This document shows positions 34,540 to 44,511 of a DNA stretch of 64,000 nucleotides, piece after piece. The notes under the pieces were generated by a model that saw only the letters and a list, made by a program, of their open reading frames with translations, did no database searches and was not told where the DNA came from. Every line of letters begins with the position of its first letter. Position 1 is the first letter of the stretch. Source of the stretch: an uncultured bacterium (GTDB lineage: Bacteria; Fidelibacterota; Marinisomatia; Marinisomatales; UBA1611); assembly GCA_943788175.1 (NCBI GenBank), contig CALSPG010000005.1, forward strand, positions 32,001 to 96,000. Direction: 5' to 3'. Both the position numbers and the translations under genes were made by a program.

Positions 34540-34580
34540 AGGGCCAGGAGCTTTTTTTAATAAGCTCCTGCACGCCTTTT
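34540..34580 (+). promoter_or_regulatory. Intercistronic stem-loop (partial terminator or mRNA stabiliser)
   Basis: CAGGAGCTT (34545-34553) pairs with AAGCTCCTG (34562-34570); followed by GCCTTTT. Confidence 0.6.
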
Positions 34581-34594
34581 AACAGGAGGAAAAT

Positions 34595-34813
34595 ATGCTT
34601 AAAGGTGGATTTGAAACCCTTAACGAGTGGCTTGGAATCGCAACTGATTTACTCAAGTCTCTAGTCGTTATTGGAATCGTTGTCGGTATCCTGTTTGATG
34701 ACTTTTTCGGTGTGATTGAAGGCCTAGGACGAGTGATGGCACAGTTTGGCGACGCGGGGCTAGCAGGATTACTAGCATTGATGATACTCGTTATGTGGTA
34801 CGAAAAAAAGTAA
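34595..34813 (+). CDS. Small hydrophobic protein B (72 aa), paralogue of A
   Basis: RBS CAGGAGG; C-terminal AGLAGLLALM matches GGFAGLLALL in protein A. Confidence 0.8.
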   Translation: MLKGGFETLNEWLGIATDLLKSLVVIGIVVGILFDDFFGVIEGLGRVMAQFGDAGLAGLLALMILVMWYEKK

Positions 34814-34833
34814 TATGGCTTCAATGCCGTGAC

Positions 34834-34869
34834 ATTGCACCTCGGTCTATCGAGGTGCAATTACTTTTT
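34834..34869 (+). terminator. Rho-independent terminator
   Basis: ATTGCACCTCG-GTCTAT-CGAGGTGCAAT followed by TACTTTTT. Confidence 0.8.
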
Positions 34870-35048
34870 AATAAATTTTTATATTATAGCTCAACAACTT
34901 GAATCATTTTTTATTAACAGAATAATACAATTTCTGATTTTACCCTCGCTTAGATATATAGTTACGAATTTAATTGAATAATCTGTTTTTATCAAAAACG
35001 GGAACCCCTATCATCTTTTATTAAGGTATTGATTTTTTATATTATGTA

Positions 35049-36527
35049 ATGACAATTATAAAAATAATTTCAATAATAACATTTATTACTTCGAGTCTCA
35101 TTTCGGATATAAAAGTAGTTAATAATTCAATTTCTAAGAGTTCTTTAATTAAAACATTAAAGGGTGAAAAAAAAATATATGTATCAACCAGAGATATTGT
35201 TTCTGCACTTTCGTGTCGGTTATATGAAAATTCAGAGCGTAAAAAACTAGTTCTTTACATATCAGGGAAAAAAATTAAAATTTCTGCTGGAACGAGTTTT
35301 TTAATTGTTGATGATGTTTCATATCAAATGATTGATCCTGTTCAAGAATATAATGGAGACTTATATGTTCCTGCTGAAGATTTTTTTGATATTTTACGTA
35401 AAGTTGCAATCCCGGGATTAACCTTTGATAAGCGTAAAGAATTAATCGAATTCGATGTTGTTAGATATAATGTTAGGTCTTTAAAAATTGAACAAAAATC
35501 CAACGGTACTATAATTCGTATAAATACACAAAAATCCTTTTCAGATCGTGATATTAGTTCTTTTATTAATAAGCATGGGTGGTTTTATTTAACTATTGTA
35601 GGTGGTATTGTCGACACCTCTACTTTAAATAAAACAATAGTAAGAGGAGTCATACGTAAAATTGAATCTGATCAGATTAATGAGACAGCACAGATTGCTC
35701 TTAAATTGAGGGAAGGTGTTATTAGTCAAGAATGGTATCAAAATCATGATCCAAATGAAATTGTCATAACCTTACGAACAGCTTTAGGTAATAATGTTAA
35801 GCGACTTAAAAATGTAAAAGAAAGGTGGCATCTTGATACAATTGTTTTGGATGCGGGTCATGGAGGAAAGGACCCAGGAACTAGCGGTAAATATGGTACA
35901 AAAGAAAAAGATATCGTTTTAGATATTACTAAAAGAGTTGGCCGGTTACTCGAGAAGAAAACTGGTATTAAAGTAGTTTATACTAGAACTGAAGATATTT
36001 TTGTACCATTATGGAAAAGAACTAAAATAGCAAATGAAGCTGGAGGGAAAGTTTTTGTGAGTATTCATATTAATTCAAACCCGAATAGGAAAGTTACCGG
36101 GTTTGAAACTTATTTACATTCACATGATAAAACCGCCACAGCAATAGATGTAGCTTCTAGGGAGAATGCTGTTATTGAACTGGAGGATAAAAAGATTAAT
36201 TATAAGAAACTTTCTATGGAAAGAAAAATAACTGCAACAATGGCAAGTAGTATGTTCTTAAAAGAGAGTGAGGTTTTGGCGTCTATTATCCAAGAAGAAC
36301 TTGACAAAAAATTAACTGTTCCAAACAGAGGAGTAAAACAAGCAGGTTTTTACGTTTTATCGGGAGCAAGCATGCCATGCGTTTTAATAGAGGGTGGTTT
36401 TGTTTCTAATTCGGGAGAAGAAAAAAACTTGAAATCTCCAAGTTATCGAAAAAAAATTGCAGACGGTATCTACAAAGCTATAATTAAGTTTAAAGCATCT
36501 AGAGAAAAAGTTCTCGCTGAGGAGTAG
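35049..36527 (+). CDS. N-acetylmuramoyl-L-alanine amidase (Amidase_3)
   Basis: IVLDAGHGGKDPG, EKD..L, FVSIH.N and VLIEGGF motifs. Confidence 0.92.
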   Translation: MTIIKIISIITFITSSLISDIKVVNNSISKSSLIKTLKGEKKIYVSTRDIVSALSCRLYENSERKKLVLYISGKKIKISAGTSFLIVDDVSYQMIDPVQEYNGDLYVPAEDFFDILRKVAIPGLTFDKRKELIEFDVVRYNVRSLKIEQKSNGTIIRINTQKSFSDRDISSFINKHGWFYLTIVGGIVDTSTLNKTIVRGVIRKIESDQINETAQIALKLREGVISQEWYQNHDPNEIVITLRTALGNNVKRLKNVKERWHLDTIVLDAGHGGKDPGTSGKYGTKEKDIVLDITKRVGRLLEKKTGIKVVYTRTEDIFVPLWKRTKIANEAGGKVFVSIHINSNPNRKVTGFETYLHSHDKTATAIDVASRENAVIELEDKKINYKKLSMERKITATMASSMFLKESEVLASIIQEELDKKLTVPNRGVKQAGFYVLSGASMPCVLIEGGFVSNSGEEKNLKSPSYRKKIADGIYKAIIKFKASREKVLAEE

Positions 36528-37327
36528 TGGTGGATAAAAGACCTATAGGCGTTTTCGATTCAGGTCTCGGGGGGTTGACCGTTGTAAAAGCATTAAAAAA
36601 TAATTTACCAAATGAGTCTGTTTTATACTTTGGAGATACTGCACGTCTTCCTTATGGTGTTAAAAGTAGAGAGTTAATAATCGAATATTCTGTTCAAATA
36701 ACAGAGTTTTTAATTCAAAAAGGAGCAAAGCTGATAGTAGTTGCTTGCAACACTGCAACAGCAATGGCTCTAGAAGAATTAAGGTCGCGATTCAAAGAAA
36801 CTAAAATTATTGGAGTTATTGAACCTGGTTCTAAGCAAGCTTATTTAGATACATCTACTAAAAGAATTGGCGTGATTGGAACAGATGCGACAATTAATTC
36901 TAGAGCATATCAGGACTCTTTATTAAAAATCGATGATAAAATTCATGTTATTTCAAAAGCTTGTCCTCTTTTTGTACCTTTTGTAGAAGAAGGGATGATA
37001 ACAGGGAGCGCTATAAATTATATTGTAGAACATTACTTATCAAGTTTTCAGAATGATATTGATACTATGATACTTGGCTGTACTCATTATCCTTTATTAA
37101 AAGAGGCTATAGGCAGATATACAAAAAATATAAAGTTAGTAGACTCTGCATCTGCGACAGCAAAAGAGGCTGGCATTATATTAAAAAAACATAATTTAAA
37201 AAATACTGCTGAAAAATCTTACAGCTTAGATTGTTTTGTTACAGATTTGCCGATGAAATTTGAAAGACTTGGTAAAAACTTTTTAGGTGAACCGATAGGG
37301 AGTCCTCAATTAGTTAATGAGATATAA
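36527..37327 (+). CDS. murI: Glutamate racemase
   Basis: FDSGLGGL, PYG, ACNTA and LGCTHYP motifs. Confidence 0.96.
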   Translation: MVDKRPIGVFDSGLGGLTVVKALKNNLPNESVLYFGDTARLPYGVKSRELIIEYSVQITEFLIQKGAKLIVVACNTATAMALEELRSRFKETKIIGVIEPGSKQAYLDTSTKRIGVIGTDATINSRAYQDSLLKIDDKIHVISKACPLFVPFVEEGMITGSAINYIVEHYLSSFQNDIDTMILGCTHYPLLKEAIGRYTKNIKLVDSASATAKEAGIILKKHNLKNTAEKSYSLDCFVTDLPMKFERLGKNFLGEPIGSPQLVNEI

Positions 37328-38588
37328 TATAGATTTAATTCTTGAAGAGTTGTATGGTTTACAACGCCTAGGTATAAAAGTTGGTTTAAAACATACAGTT
37401 CAATTATTAGATAAAATTGGGAATCCACATAATAAATTAAAATTAATCCATATAGCTGGAACTAACGGGAAAGGTAGTACTTGTTCTATGCTAAGTAATA
37501 TTTTAATTGAACATGGTTTAAAAGTAGGTTTGTATACATCTCCTCATTTATTGAGGTTCAATGAAAGAATTCAAATCAATGGAAACCATATTCCAGATGA
37601 TTATATCGCTCAATTTTTCGATAAGAATAGAAAGCATATAAATTTTATAAAATCGACTTTTTTTGAAACAACTACTGCTTTAGCCTTTGATTATTTTTAT
37701 GATAAATCTGTTGATATCGCCATAATTGAAACAGGTCTTGGCGGCAGGCTAGACTCTACAAATGTGATATCTCCAATTGTCTGTGGAATTTCAGCGATTT
37801 CCTTTGACCATACTGAGATTCTAGGTGATACGATTGAAAAAATATCTAAAGAAAAAGCGGGGATTATAAAGGAAGGGATTCCTGTTGCCACTTTTGAACA
37901 AGAAAATAAAATTTTGCAAGTTATTGATCGTACTTGTAGAGAAAAAAACACTAGTTTAGAAATAATTCAAAATGATGATATAATTATTTCGAAAGTTGAT
38001 AAAAAAGGAACTTACTTTTATTATTCGAGCTTAGAGATTGAATTACCTTTATTTGGTGACCATCAAGTTCAAAACTGTTCATTGGCTATTTGTCTTTCAA
38101 AATATGCTTTAGGAGCTGCAGTAAGTCCTTCAAAAATAAAAACTGCAATTTCAAAATCCATTTGGAAAGGTCGATTAGAAAAAATATCAAATAATAATTT
38201 ATTTTATGATGTCGCACACAATTATGATGGTGTAAAAGCTATGTTAAATACTATTAATGTTCTTTATCCAGACAAAAAAAAAGTAGGGTTATTTTGTATC
38301 AAAAGTGATAAAAATATATTAGCAATATGTAAGTTGTTAAAAAATAATTTTAAAAAACTGATTGTTTGCAGCGACAAGAATGGGTATCTAGTAAAAGTTT
38401 CAAATTTGCTGGGTATAATGAATGAAAACAATATTGAATGTCTATCAGTTGACTCTGTAGAAGAAGGGGTTAGTCTTTTAAATGAATATAATAATCCCAA
38501 TTATCTAAATTTGATTTTTGGAAGTCATTACATCGCAAGTGAAGTTTATGGCTCAGTTGGAAAATACTTTGACAGAACATACAATTAG
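37317..38588 (+). CDS. folC: Folylpolyglutamate synthase/dihydrofolate synthase
   Basis: HIAGTNGKGS, YTSPHL..FNERI, ETGLGGRLDSTN and DVAHN motifs. Confidence 0.95.
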   Translation: MRYNIDLILEELYGLQRLGIKVGLKHTVQLLDKIGNPHNKLKLIHIAGTNGKGSTCSMLSNILIEHGLKVGLYTSPHLLRFNERIQINGNHIPDDYIAQFFDKNRKHINFIKSTFFETTTALAFDYFYDKSVDIAIIETGLGGRLDSTNVISPIVCGISAISFDHTEILGDTIEKISKEKAGIIKEGIPVATFEQENKILQVIDRTCREKNTSLEIIQNDDIIISKVDKKGTYFYYSSLEIELPLFGDHQVQNCSLAICLSKYALGAAVSPSKIKTAISKSIWKGRLEKISNNNLFYDVAHNYDGVKAMLNTINVLYPDKKKVGLFCIKSDKNILAICKLLKNNFKKLIVCSDKNGYLVKVSNLLGIMNENNIECLSVDSVEEGVSLLNEYNNPNYLNLIFGSHYIASEVYGSVGKYFDRTYN

Positions 38589-38596
38589 TGTAATTT
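38569..38596 (+). promoter_or_regulatory. Putative promoter for rho, overlapping the folC 3' end
   Basis: TTGACA (38569-38574), 16-nt spacer, TAATTT. Confidence 0.4.
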
Positions 38597-38665
38597 ATAT
38601 TATCTACCACAATCCCCGGTAGAGTTTTAATATATTATTTTAATGAATTATTAGGGAAACTATTT

Positions 38666-39916
38666 ATGGATTTAAGCGAATTACAAGCTTTACGTATTAA
38701 GGAGCTAGCAGAGCTAGCTAAAAAATTAAACATATCAGACAACATATCTGGTTTAAACAAGCAAGAGTTGACTGTTAAAATATTAGAAGCCCAAGCAGAA
38801 AAAGATGGCTCTGTTTCTGCAAAAGGAGTTTTAGAAGTAATGCATGATGGCTATGGGTTTCTCAGGTCTCCAAATTTTAATTATATGCCTGGGCCAGACG
38901 ATATTTATGTTAGCCCTTCGCAGATTAAAAGGTTTCGATTAAAGACTGGTCACAATGTTTCTGGGCAAATCAGACCACCAAAAGCAAAAGAAAGATTTTA
39001 TGCTTTACTTAGGGTGGAACTAGTGAACGACCAACCAGTTGAAAAATTAAAAGATTGTATTTTATTTGAAAATTTTACACCTCTTTACCCAGAAAAAAGA
39101 TTTACTCTTGAAACAGATGAAAAAAATATTTCTATGAGAATTATGGATTTAGTCTCTCCTATTGGTATGGGCCAGAGAGCTCTCCTTGTTGCTCAGCCTA
39201 AAACAGGGAAAACTGTATTATTGCAAAAGATTGCAAACGCTATTAGTAAAAATCACCCAGACACAAAAAGAATAGTACTATTAATTGATGAAAGACCTGA
39301 AGAAGTAACAGATATGAAACGTAATGTTGATGCTGAGGTTGTAAGCTCTACGTTTGATGAGCCACCTGAAAGACATGTTTCTGTCTCTGATATGGTATTA
39401 CAAAAAGCTAAGCGAATGGTAGAGTTTGGTGACGATGTTGTTATTTTACTTGATAGTATAACGAGGCTTGGAAGAGCGCATAATGCTGTCATTCCTCATA
39501 GCGGTAAAATTTTATCAGGTGGAGTAGACTTTAATGCATTAAAAAAGCCTAAACAATTTTTAGGTGCCGCTAGAAACACCGAAGAAGGTGGTAGTCTAAC
39601 AATCATCGCAACTGCTTTGGTAGACACTGGTAGTCGTGCGGATGAAGTAATTTATGAGGAATTCAAAGGGACCGGTAATATGGAGCTCGCTCTCGATAGA
39701 CACTTAAGTGATAGAAGAATCTATCCTGCCTTCGACATTATAAAGTCTGGTACTAGAAAAGAAGAACTACTGCTTAGTAGAAAAGAATTAGGCAGAATGT
39801 GGATTCTTAGAAAATTAGTAAATGGAATGAAGGTTGATGAGGCTATCCAATTTCTAATCGACAGAATAAAAAGAACTAAGTCTAATAATGAGTTTTTAGA
39901 TACGATGAGTCAGTAA
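38666..39916 (+). CDS. rho: Transcription termination factor Rho
   Basis: [33 protein letters not shown] and [10 protein letters not shown] motifs. Confidence 0.98.
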   Translation: MDLSELQALRIKELAELAKKLNISDNISGLNKQELTVKILEAQAEKDGSVSAKGVLEVMHDGYGFLRSPNFNYMPGPDDIYVSPSQIKRFRLKTGHNVSGQIRPPKAKERFYALLRVELVNDQPVEKLKDCILFENFTPLYPEKRFTLETDEKNISMRIMDLVSPIGMGQRALLVAQPKTGKTVLLQKIANAISKNHPDTKRIVLLIDERPEEVTDMKRNVDAEVVSSTFDEPPERHVSVSDMVLQKAKRMVEFGDDVVILLDSITRLGRAHNAVIPHSGKILSGGVDFNALKKPKQFLGAARNTEEGGSLTIIATALVDTGSRADEVIYEEFKGTGNMELALDRHLSDRRIYPAFDIIKSGTRKEELLLSRKELGRMWILRKLVNGMKVDEAIQFLIDRIKRTKSNNEFLDTMSQ

Positions 39917-39947
39917 GGACTCTAAATATCTTATATTAATTTGATTT

Positions 39948-40910
39948 ATGGAAACAATTGTATCTGAGTCTATAACCGCTCGCCTAATTACTGATAAGCC
40001 AATCAGGAAGACTCCTTATCAAGTTAAGGGCGTCTTTATGAAACAATTCCCTGACGAAAAAATTGTCCCTTTTCTTGATGGGCGATTGAGGAGTAAATAT
40101 TTATACCCTCGAGTCCAGGTTAAAATAATTAACGAACAAATTTATATTTTAGGTATAAATGAAGGTGTCCAATCTGTTATATCGCTTTTACAAAACTTAA
40201 AATCCTTTAGTTTTGGAGACCTTTTGATAAATATTGATAACGCAGAGGTGGAAAAAAATAAAGATTCGGTTTTATTAACAGATAATTTTCTAAGGTATAA
40301 ATTTATAACCCCATGGGTTGCCTTAAATGCGGGTGGGGATAGTAAATACAAGCGCTTAGAGGATAATGAAAAGCTTCTCTTTTTAAACAAGTTACTTGGT
40401 CAAAATTTATTATTTTTATCAAAGGAACTAGGTTTAAACATTTCCACAAAAATTTTCACAAAAGTAGAAGTTGAAAGTCTTGAACCTGAGAAAGTAGATG
40501 AAAATGGTTGGAAATCATTTAAAGGAGAATTCAAGACAAACTTTATACTTCCTAGTTTCATTGGTTTTGGTAATGGAATAACTAGAGGATTTGGTTCGAT
40601 TTTTAGTTTGAATAATATAAATAATTTAGAGTTTAAAGATTCAAAAGAAACATCTGAGGATTATGTCAAAGAAGAAATTGATGCTGCTGATGCTACAATA
40701 TCATATGTGACTGTAGATGATGCGCCAATTATGTCCAGACGAAAGAAAAAGAAAAAGTTTAAAACAAAGAAAAAAACTCCTTACGCTAAGAGTAATTCAA
40801 GAAAAACTAAGTACAAAGAAAAAAATAATTCTATTAAAAAAGAAACTGATAGTGATGATGAATCTAGATTTAACTCTGAAGAATATCACAAAAAGCAACA
40901 TGATTTCTAA
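39948..40910 (+). CDS. Stand-alone Cas6b-like (RAMP) protein with a charged C-terminal extension
   Basis: YLYPRVQVK, YKFITPWVALN, LNKLLGQNLL, F.G.FKTNF.LP and the G-rich loop GFGNGITRGFG (GhGxxxxxGhG), in the order seen in Cas6b. Confidence 0.78.
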   Translation: METIVSESITARLITDKPIRKTPYQVKGVFMKQFPDEKIVPFLDGRLRSKYLYPRVQVKIINEQIYILGINEGVQSVISLLQNLKSFSFGDLLINIDNAEVEKNKDSVLLTDNFLRYKFITPWVALNAGGDSKYKRLEDNEKLLFLNKLLGQNLLFLSKELGLNISTKIFTKVEVESLEPEKVDENGWKSFKGEFKTNFILPSFIGFGNGITRGFGSIFSLNNINNLEFKDSKETSEDYVKEEIDAADATISYVTVDDAPIMSRRKKKKKFKTKKKTPYAKSNSRKTKYKEKNNSIKKETDSDDESRFNSEEYHKKQHDF

Positions 40911-40935
40911 GAAACTTGATAAAAAAATATAGCTT

Positions 40936-42129
40936 ATGAGTATAGCAGAGAGAGTAAATAAAATAAACCCTTCGTTTACTTTGCAAATGGCGACAAAGGC
41001 TGCAGAAATGAGGTCGAAGGGTCTCGACGTTATAAACTTTTCAGTTGGGGAGCCTGATTTTAATACTCCAAAACATATTCGTGATGCAGCGAAAAAAGCT
41101 TTAGATCAGGGTTACACAAAATATACTGCTGGGCCGGGAATGATTGAACTCAGAGAAGCAATTTGTGAAAAACTTAAGAGAGAAAATAAAATATCATATG
41201 ACCCTTCTGACATTCTCGTTTCAAATGGCGAGAAGCAAAGCTTGTATAATGCTTGTCAAGCTATCTTTAATCCTTCAGATAGTGTAATTGTATTTTCACC
41301 TTACTGGGTCTCTTTTCCTGAATTTGTAAAAATGGCAGATGCTGAACCAGTTTTAGTAAATACGCTTTCGGAAAGTAATTTTGAACCAGATTTTGAAGAC
41401 CTTGAAGCGAAGATAGATCCTTCTATTAAGGGAGTTATCATTAATTCGCCATCAAATCCTACCGGAGGAGTATGGAGAAATGAGGCTATCGTTAAATTAT
41501 TAAAATTGGCTAAAAAACATGGTTGGATTGTAATATCTGATGAGTGTTATGAAAGGTTGGTTTATGATGGTACTTTTACTAGTGCTGAAAAATTAAACCA
41601 AACTCATGATATTGGTGCTACGGTTCTAACGTGTATGAGTTTATCTAAAACATACGCAATGACTGGTTGGCGAATCGGTTATAGTGCTGGTCCTAAAGAT
41701 ATTATAAAAGCCATGTCAAAAATTCAAGGCCAAGCTACTTCTTGTGCTAATTCAATAGGGCAAAAAGCAAGTATAGAAGCATTAATTGGTAACCAAACTT
41801 GTGTTGAAGATATGAAGAGCTTGTTTCTAAAAAGAAGAGATTTAATTGTAGAGCTTTTGAATGATTTGCCTGGAGTGAAGTGTGCAACTCCAAAAGGAGC
41901 ATTCTATGTTTTTCCTGATTTTAGTTCTTATTTAAACCAAAAGGCCAATGGAAAATTATTAAAAGATACTTTTGATATTTCAGGGTATATTCTTGATTCT
42001 GTAAAGGTAGTTACAGTTCCAGGAGATGGTTTTGGTGCTCGGGGGCATATAAGGTTTTCATATGCAACAAACAGGAAAATAATTCAAGAGGGAATGACTC
42101 GTGTTAAAAAAGCCCTCGAAATGATTTAG
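40936..42129 (+). CDS. aspC: PLP-dependent class I/II aminotransferase (aspartate aminotransferase-like)
   Basis: GEPDF, NSPSNPTG, SDECYE and SLSKTYAMTGWRIG motifs. Confidence 0.88.
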   Translation: MSIAERVNKINPSFTLQMATKAAEMRSKGLDVINFSVGEPDFNTPKHIRDAAKKALDQGYTKYTAGPGMIELREAICEKLKRENKISYDPSDILVSNGEKQSLYNACQAIFNPSDSVIVFSPYWVSFPEFVKMADAEPVLVNTLSESNFEPDFEDLEAKIDPSIKGVIINSPSNPTGGVWRNEAIVKLLKLAKKHGWIVISDECYERLVYDGTFTSAEKLNQTHDIGATVLTCMSLSKTYAMTGWRIGYSAGPKDIIKAMSKIQGQATSCANSIGQKASIEALIGNQTCVEDMKSLFLKRRDLIVELLNDLPGVKCATPKGAFYVFPDFSSYLNQKANGKLLKDTFDISGYILDSVKVVTVPGDGFGARGHIRFSYATNRKIIQEGMTRVKKALEMI

Positions 42130-42138
42130 GAGTAAAAA

Positions 42139-42387
42139 ATGAAAAAAAATATACATCCAGAAAATTACAGACTAGTAGTCTTTAAAGATACGTCATGTGA
42201 TTATTCGTTTTTGACAAAATCTACGATTGAAACGAAAGACACAGTAGTATGGGATGATGGGAATGAATATCCGCTATACAATATTGAAATTTCTAGCAAG
42301 TCACATCCTTTCTTCACAGGTAAACAAAATTTAGTGGATACTGCAGGAAGAATCGAAAAATTCCAAAAGAAATATAGTAAAAAGTAG
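42139..42387 (+). CDS. rpmE2: 50S ribosomal protein L31 type B
   Basis: [22 protein letters not shown] and DTAGRIEKF; no CxC/CxxC zinc pairs. Confidence 0.95.
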   Translation: MKKNIHPENYRLVVFKDTSCDYSFLTKSTIETKDTVVWDDGNEYPLYNIEISSKSHPFFTGKQNLVDTAGRIEKFQKKYSKK

Positions 42388-42401
42388 AAAAGCTAATTAT
42401 C

Positions 42402-42443
42402 AAAATAGCCCTACTAGACCTTGTGTCGAGTAGGGCTATTTTT
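42402..42443 (+). terminator. Terminator-like hairpin after rpmE2
   Basis: AAAATAGCCCTACT...AGTAGGGCTATTTT (14-bp arms) followed by T. Confidence 0.75.
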
Positions 42444-42448
42444 ATATA

Positions 42449-43417
42449 ATGAAAAGATTACTTTTACTTTTAACAATGAAGCCAAACATTCTCGTTGGTG
42501 GGCAAGCGGTTATCGAAGGTGTCATGATGAGAGTTCCAGGAGCATATTCAACCGCCGTTAGAGACCCAAAGGGCAATTTAAGATTAAAAAGAGAAAATTT
42601 TGCTTCAATAACCCAGAGTTCTACATTTTGGTCTAAGCCTATTATTAGAGGTATCGCTTCATTATATGAGGCTATGAAAATGGGGATGTCTACTTTGCAC
42701 TGGTCAGCAGATATTAGTTACCCTGAAGAAAGTAATAATGATAGTAATTTTTCTAAATTTTTAGATACTCTAACTACCTTTATTTCAATTTCCTTAGCAA
42801 TTTTATTATTCATGGTTTTGCCAATGTGGTTAACAACTCAATTGTTGAACATAGAAAAAGATGCAATCCTTTTCAACCTTTCTTCTGGTGCATTTCGAAT
42901 TTTATTTTTTATAATTTATTTATTTTTAATATCAAGAATAAAAGATGTTTCAAGATTATTTCAGTATCACGGTGCTGAACATAAGGTTGTATATAACTTC
43001 GAATCAGGAAAAGATATCTCAATAAAAAATGCACAATCATTCTCAACACTACACCCCCGGTGTGGAACTAGTTTTATGTTTATTGTTTTGCTATCAGCTA
43101 TTTTTGTTTTTGCTGCGGTTGATACAATAACTATTTATTTTTTTGGAAAAATTTCACTATCAATCAGATTACTATCGCATTTACCCTTAATTCCTCTTGT
43201 GTCTGGGGTTGGTTATGAATTAATAAAAATAACATCTAAAAGCGAAAGCATGATTTTTAGGATTTTAAAGAAGCCAGGTATTTTATTACAAAATATTACG
43301 ACAAGAGAACCTGATGATAAAATGGTCGAAGTTTCTATTGCTGCGATTAAAGATGCATTTGGCGATGAGTATGAAGAATATAGGGGTAAACAATTTACAG
43401 CAGAGGCTATAGAGTGA
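42449..43417 (+). CDS. DUF1385 membrane protein
   Basis: [28 protein letters not shown] and TTREP motifs; usual rpmE-prfA context. Confidence 0.9.
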   Translation: MKRLLLLLTMKPNILVGGQAVIEGVMMRVPGAYSTAVRDPKGNLRLKRENFASITQSSTFWSKPIIRGIASLYEAMKMGMSTLHWSADISYPEESNNDSNFSKFLDTLTTFISISLAILLFMVLPMWLTTQLLNIEKDAILFNLSSGAFRILFFIIYLFLISRIKDVSRLFQYHGAEHKVVYNFESGKDISIKNAQSFSTLHPRCGTSFMFIVLLSAIFVFAAVDTITIYFFGKISLSIRLLSHLPLIPLVSGVGYELIKITSKSESMIFRILKKPGILLQNITTREPDDKMVEVSIAAIKDAFGDEYEEYRGKQFTAEAIE

Positions 43418-44481
43418 GAGATAAATTAGAATCAATTATTGAAAAATATAATTTTATCCAAGGACAAATGACCAATCAAGAGATTTTATCAAATCCTGAT
43501 AAATTAAAAGATCTAGCAAAAGAATATAAACAGCTCGAGCCAGTAGTTTTAATAGGAATTGAGTATATCAAGATTTTAGATCAAATAATTGATTGTGAAT
43601 CTTTAATTGACTCAGATGACCCTGAGTTAAAAGAAATGGCAATCGAAGACCTAGCTTCAAACAAGAAAATGAAAGCAGATATTGAAGAAGATTTAAAAAT
43701 CAAATTAATACCTAAGGACCCTTTAGATAATAAAAATATAATTTTAGAAATTAGAGCAGGGACAGGCGGTGATGAAGCTGCTTTATTTGCAGCAGATTTA
43801 TTTCGGATGTATTCTCATTTTTCTGAAAAATATAATTGGGAAAAAGAGCTAATAGCATCAAATGAAATTGGAATTGGTGGTTTCAAGGAAGTAATTATTG
43901 GTTTAAAAGGGAAGGGGGCATACGGTATGTTAAAGTATGAAAGTGGCGTCCATCGCGTTCAGCGCGTTCCAGAGACTGAAACTGGAGGAAGAGTCCACAC
44001 ATCTGCTGCTACTGTAGCAGTTTTACCTGAGGCTGAAGAGGTAGATGTTGAAATTAATGATATAGATTTAAAGATTGATACATATAGAGCTAGTGGTGCT
44101 GGAGGTCAGCATGTGAATAAAACAGAATCTGCTATACGGATTACCCATATTCCTACTGGGCTTGTTGTTACTTGTCAGGATGAGTCATCACAACATAAAA
44201 ATAGAGCTTCTGCCTTAAAAGTTTTAAGGTCGAGGTTATTGGCTGACCAAAAACAAAAAGTAGATGCTGAAAGAGCGGCTGAGAGAAAAAGTCTTGTTTC
44301 AACAGGAGACAGGTCTGCAAAAATAAGAACATATAATTTTCCACAAGGTAGGATTACAGACCACCGTATAAACTTTACATCTTATAGATTATCAGAAGCT
44401 ATGAATGGTGATCTTGAAGAAATTATTGAAAAGCTTAAAGTCGCGGAGCAGCAAGATATTTTATCTTCTGAAATAAGTTAA
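43414..44481 (+). CDS. prfA: Peptide chain release factor 1
   Basis: [17 protein letters not shown] (PxT) and GAGGQHVN motifs. Confidence 0.97.
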   Translation: MRDKLESIIEKYNFIQGQMTNQEILSNPDKLKDLAKEYKQLEPVVLIGIEYIKILDQIIDCESLIDSDDPELKEMAIEDLASNKKMKADIEEDLKIKLIPKDPLDNKNIILEIRAGTGGDEAALFAADLFRMYSHFSEKYNWEKELIASNEIGIGGFKEVIIGLKGKGAYGMLKYESGVHRVQRVPETETGGRVHTSAATVAVLPEAEEVDVEINDIDLKIDTYRASGAGGQHVNKTESAIRITHIPTGLVVTCQDESSQHKNRASALKVLRSRLLADQKQKVDAERAAERKSLVSTGDRSAKIRTYNFPQGRITDHRINFTSYRLSEAMNGDLEEIIEKLKVAEQQDILSSEIS

Positions 44482-44511
44482 GAATAGATTTGCATATTTG
44501 ATTGTAAGATA

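Noticed and set aside
38588-42450. CRISPR array or cas operon near the Cas6-like gene
   Set aside because: Intergenic gaps here are all under 80 nt with no repeat-spacer pattern, and I saw no cas1/2/3/5/7/8 ORF in the window.
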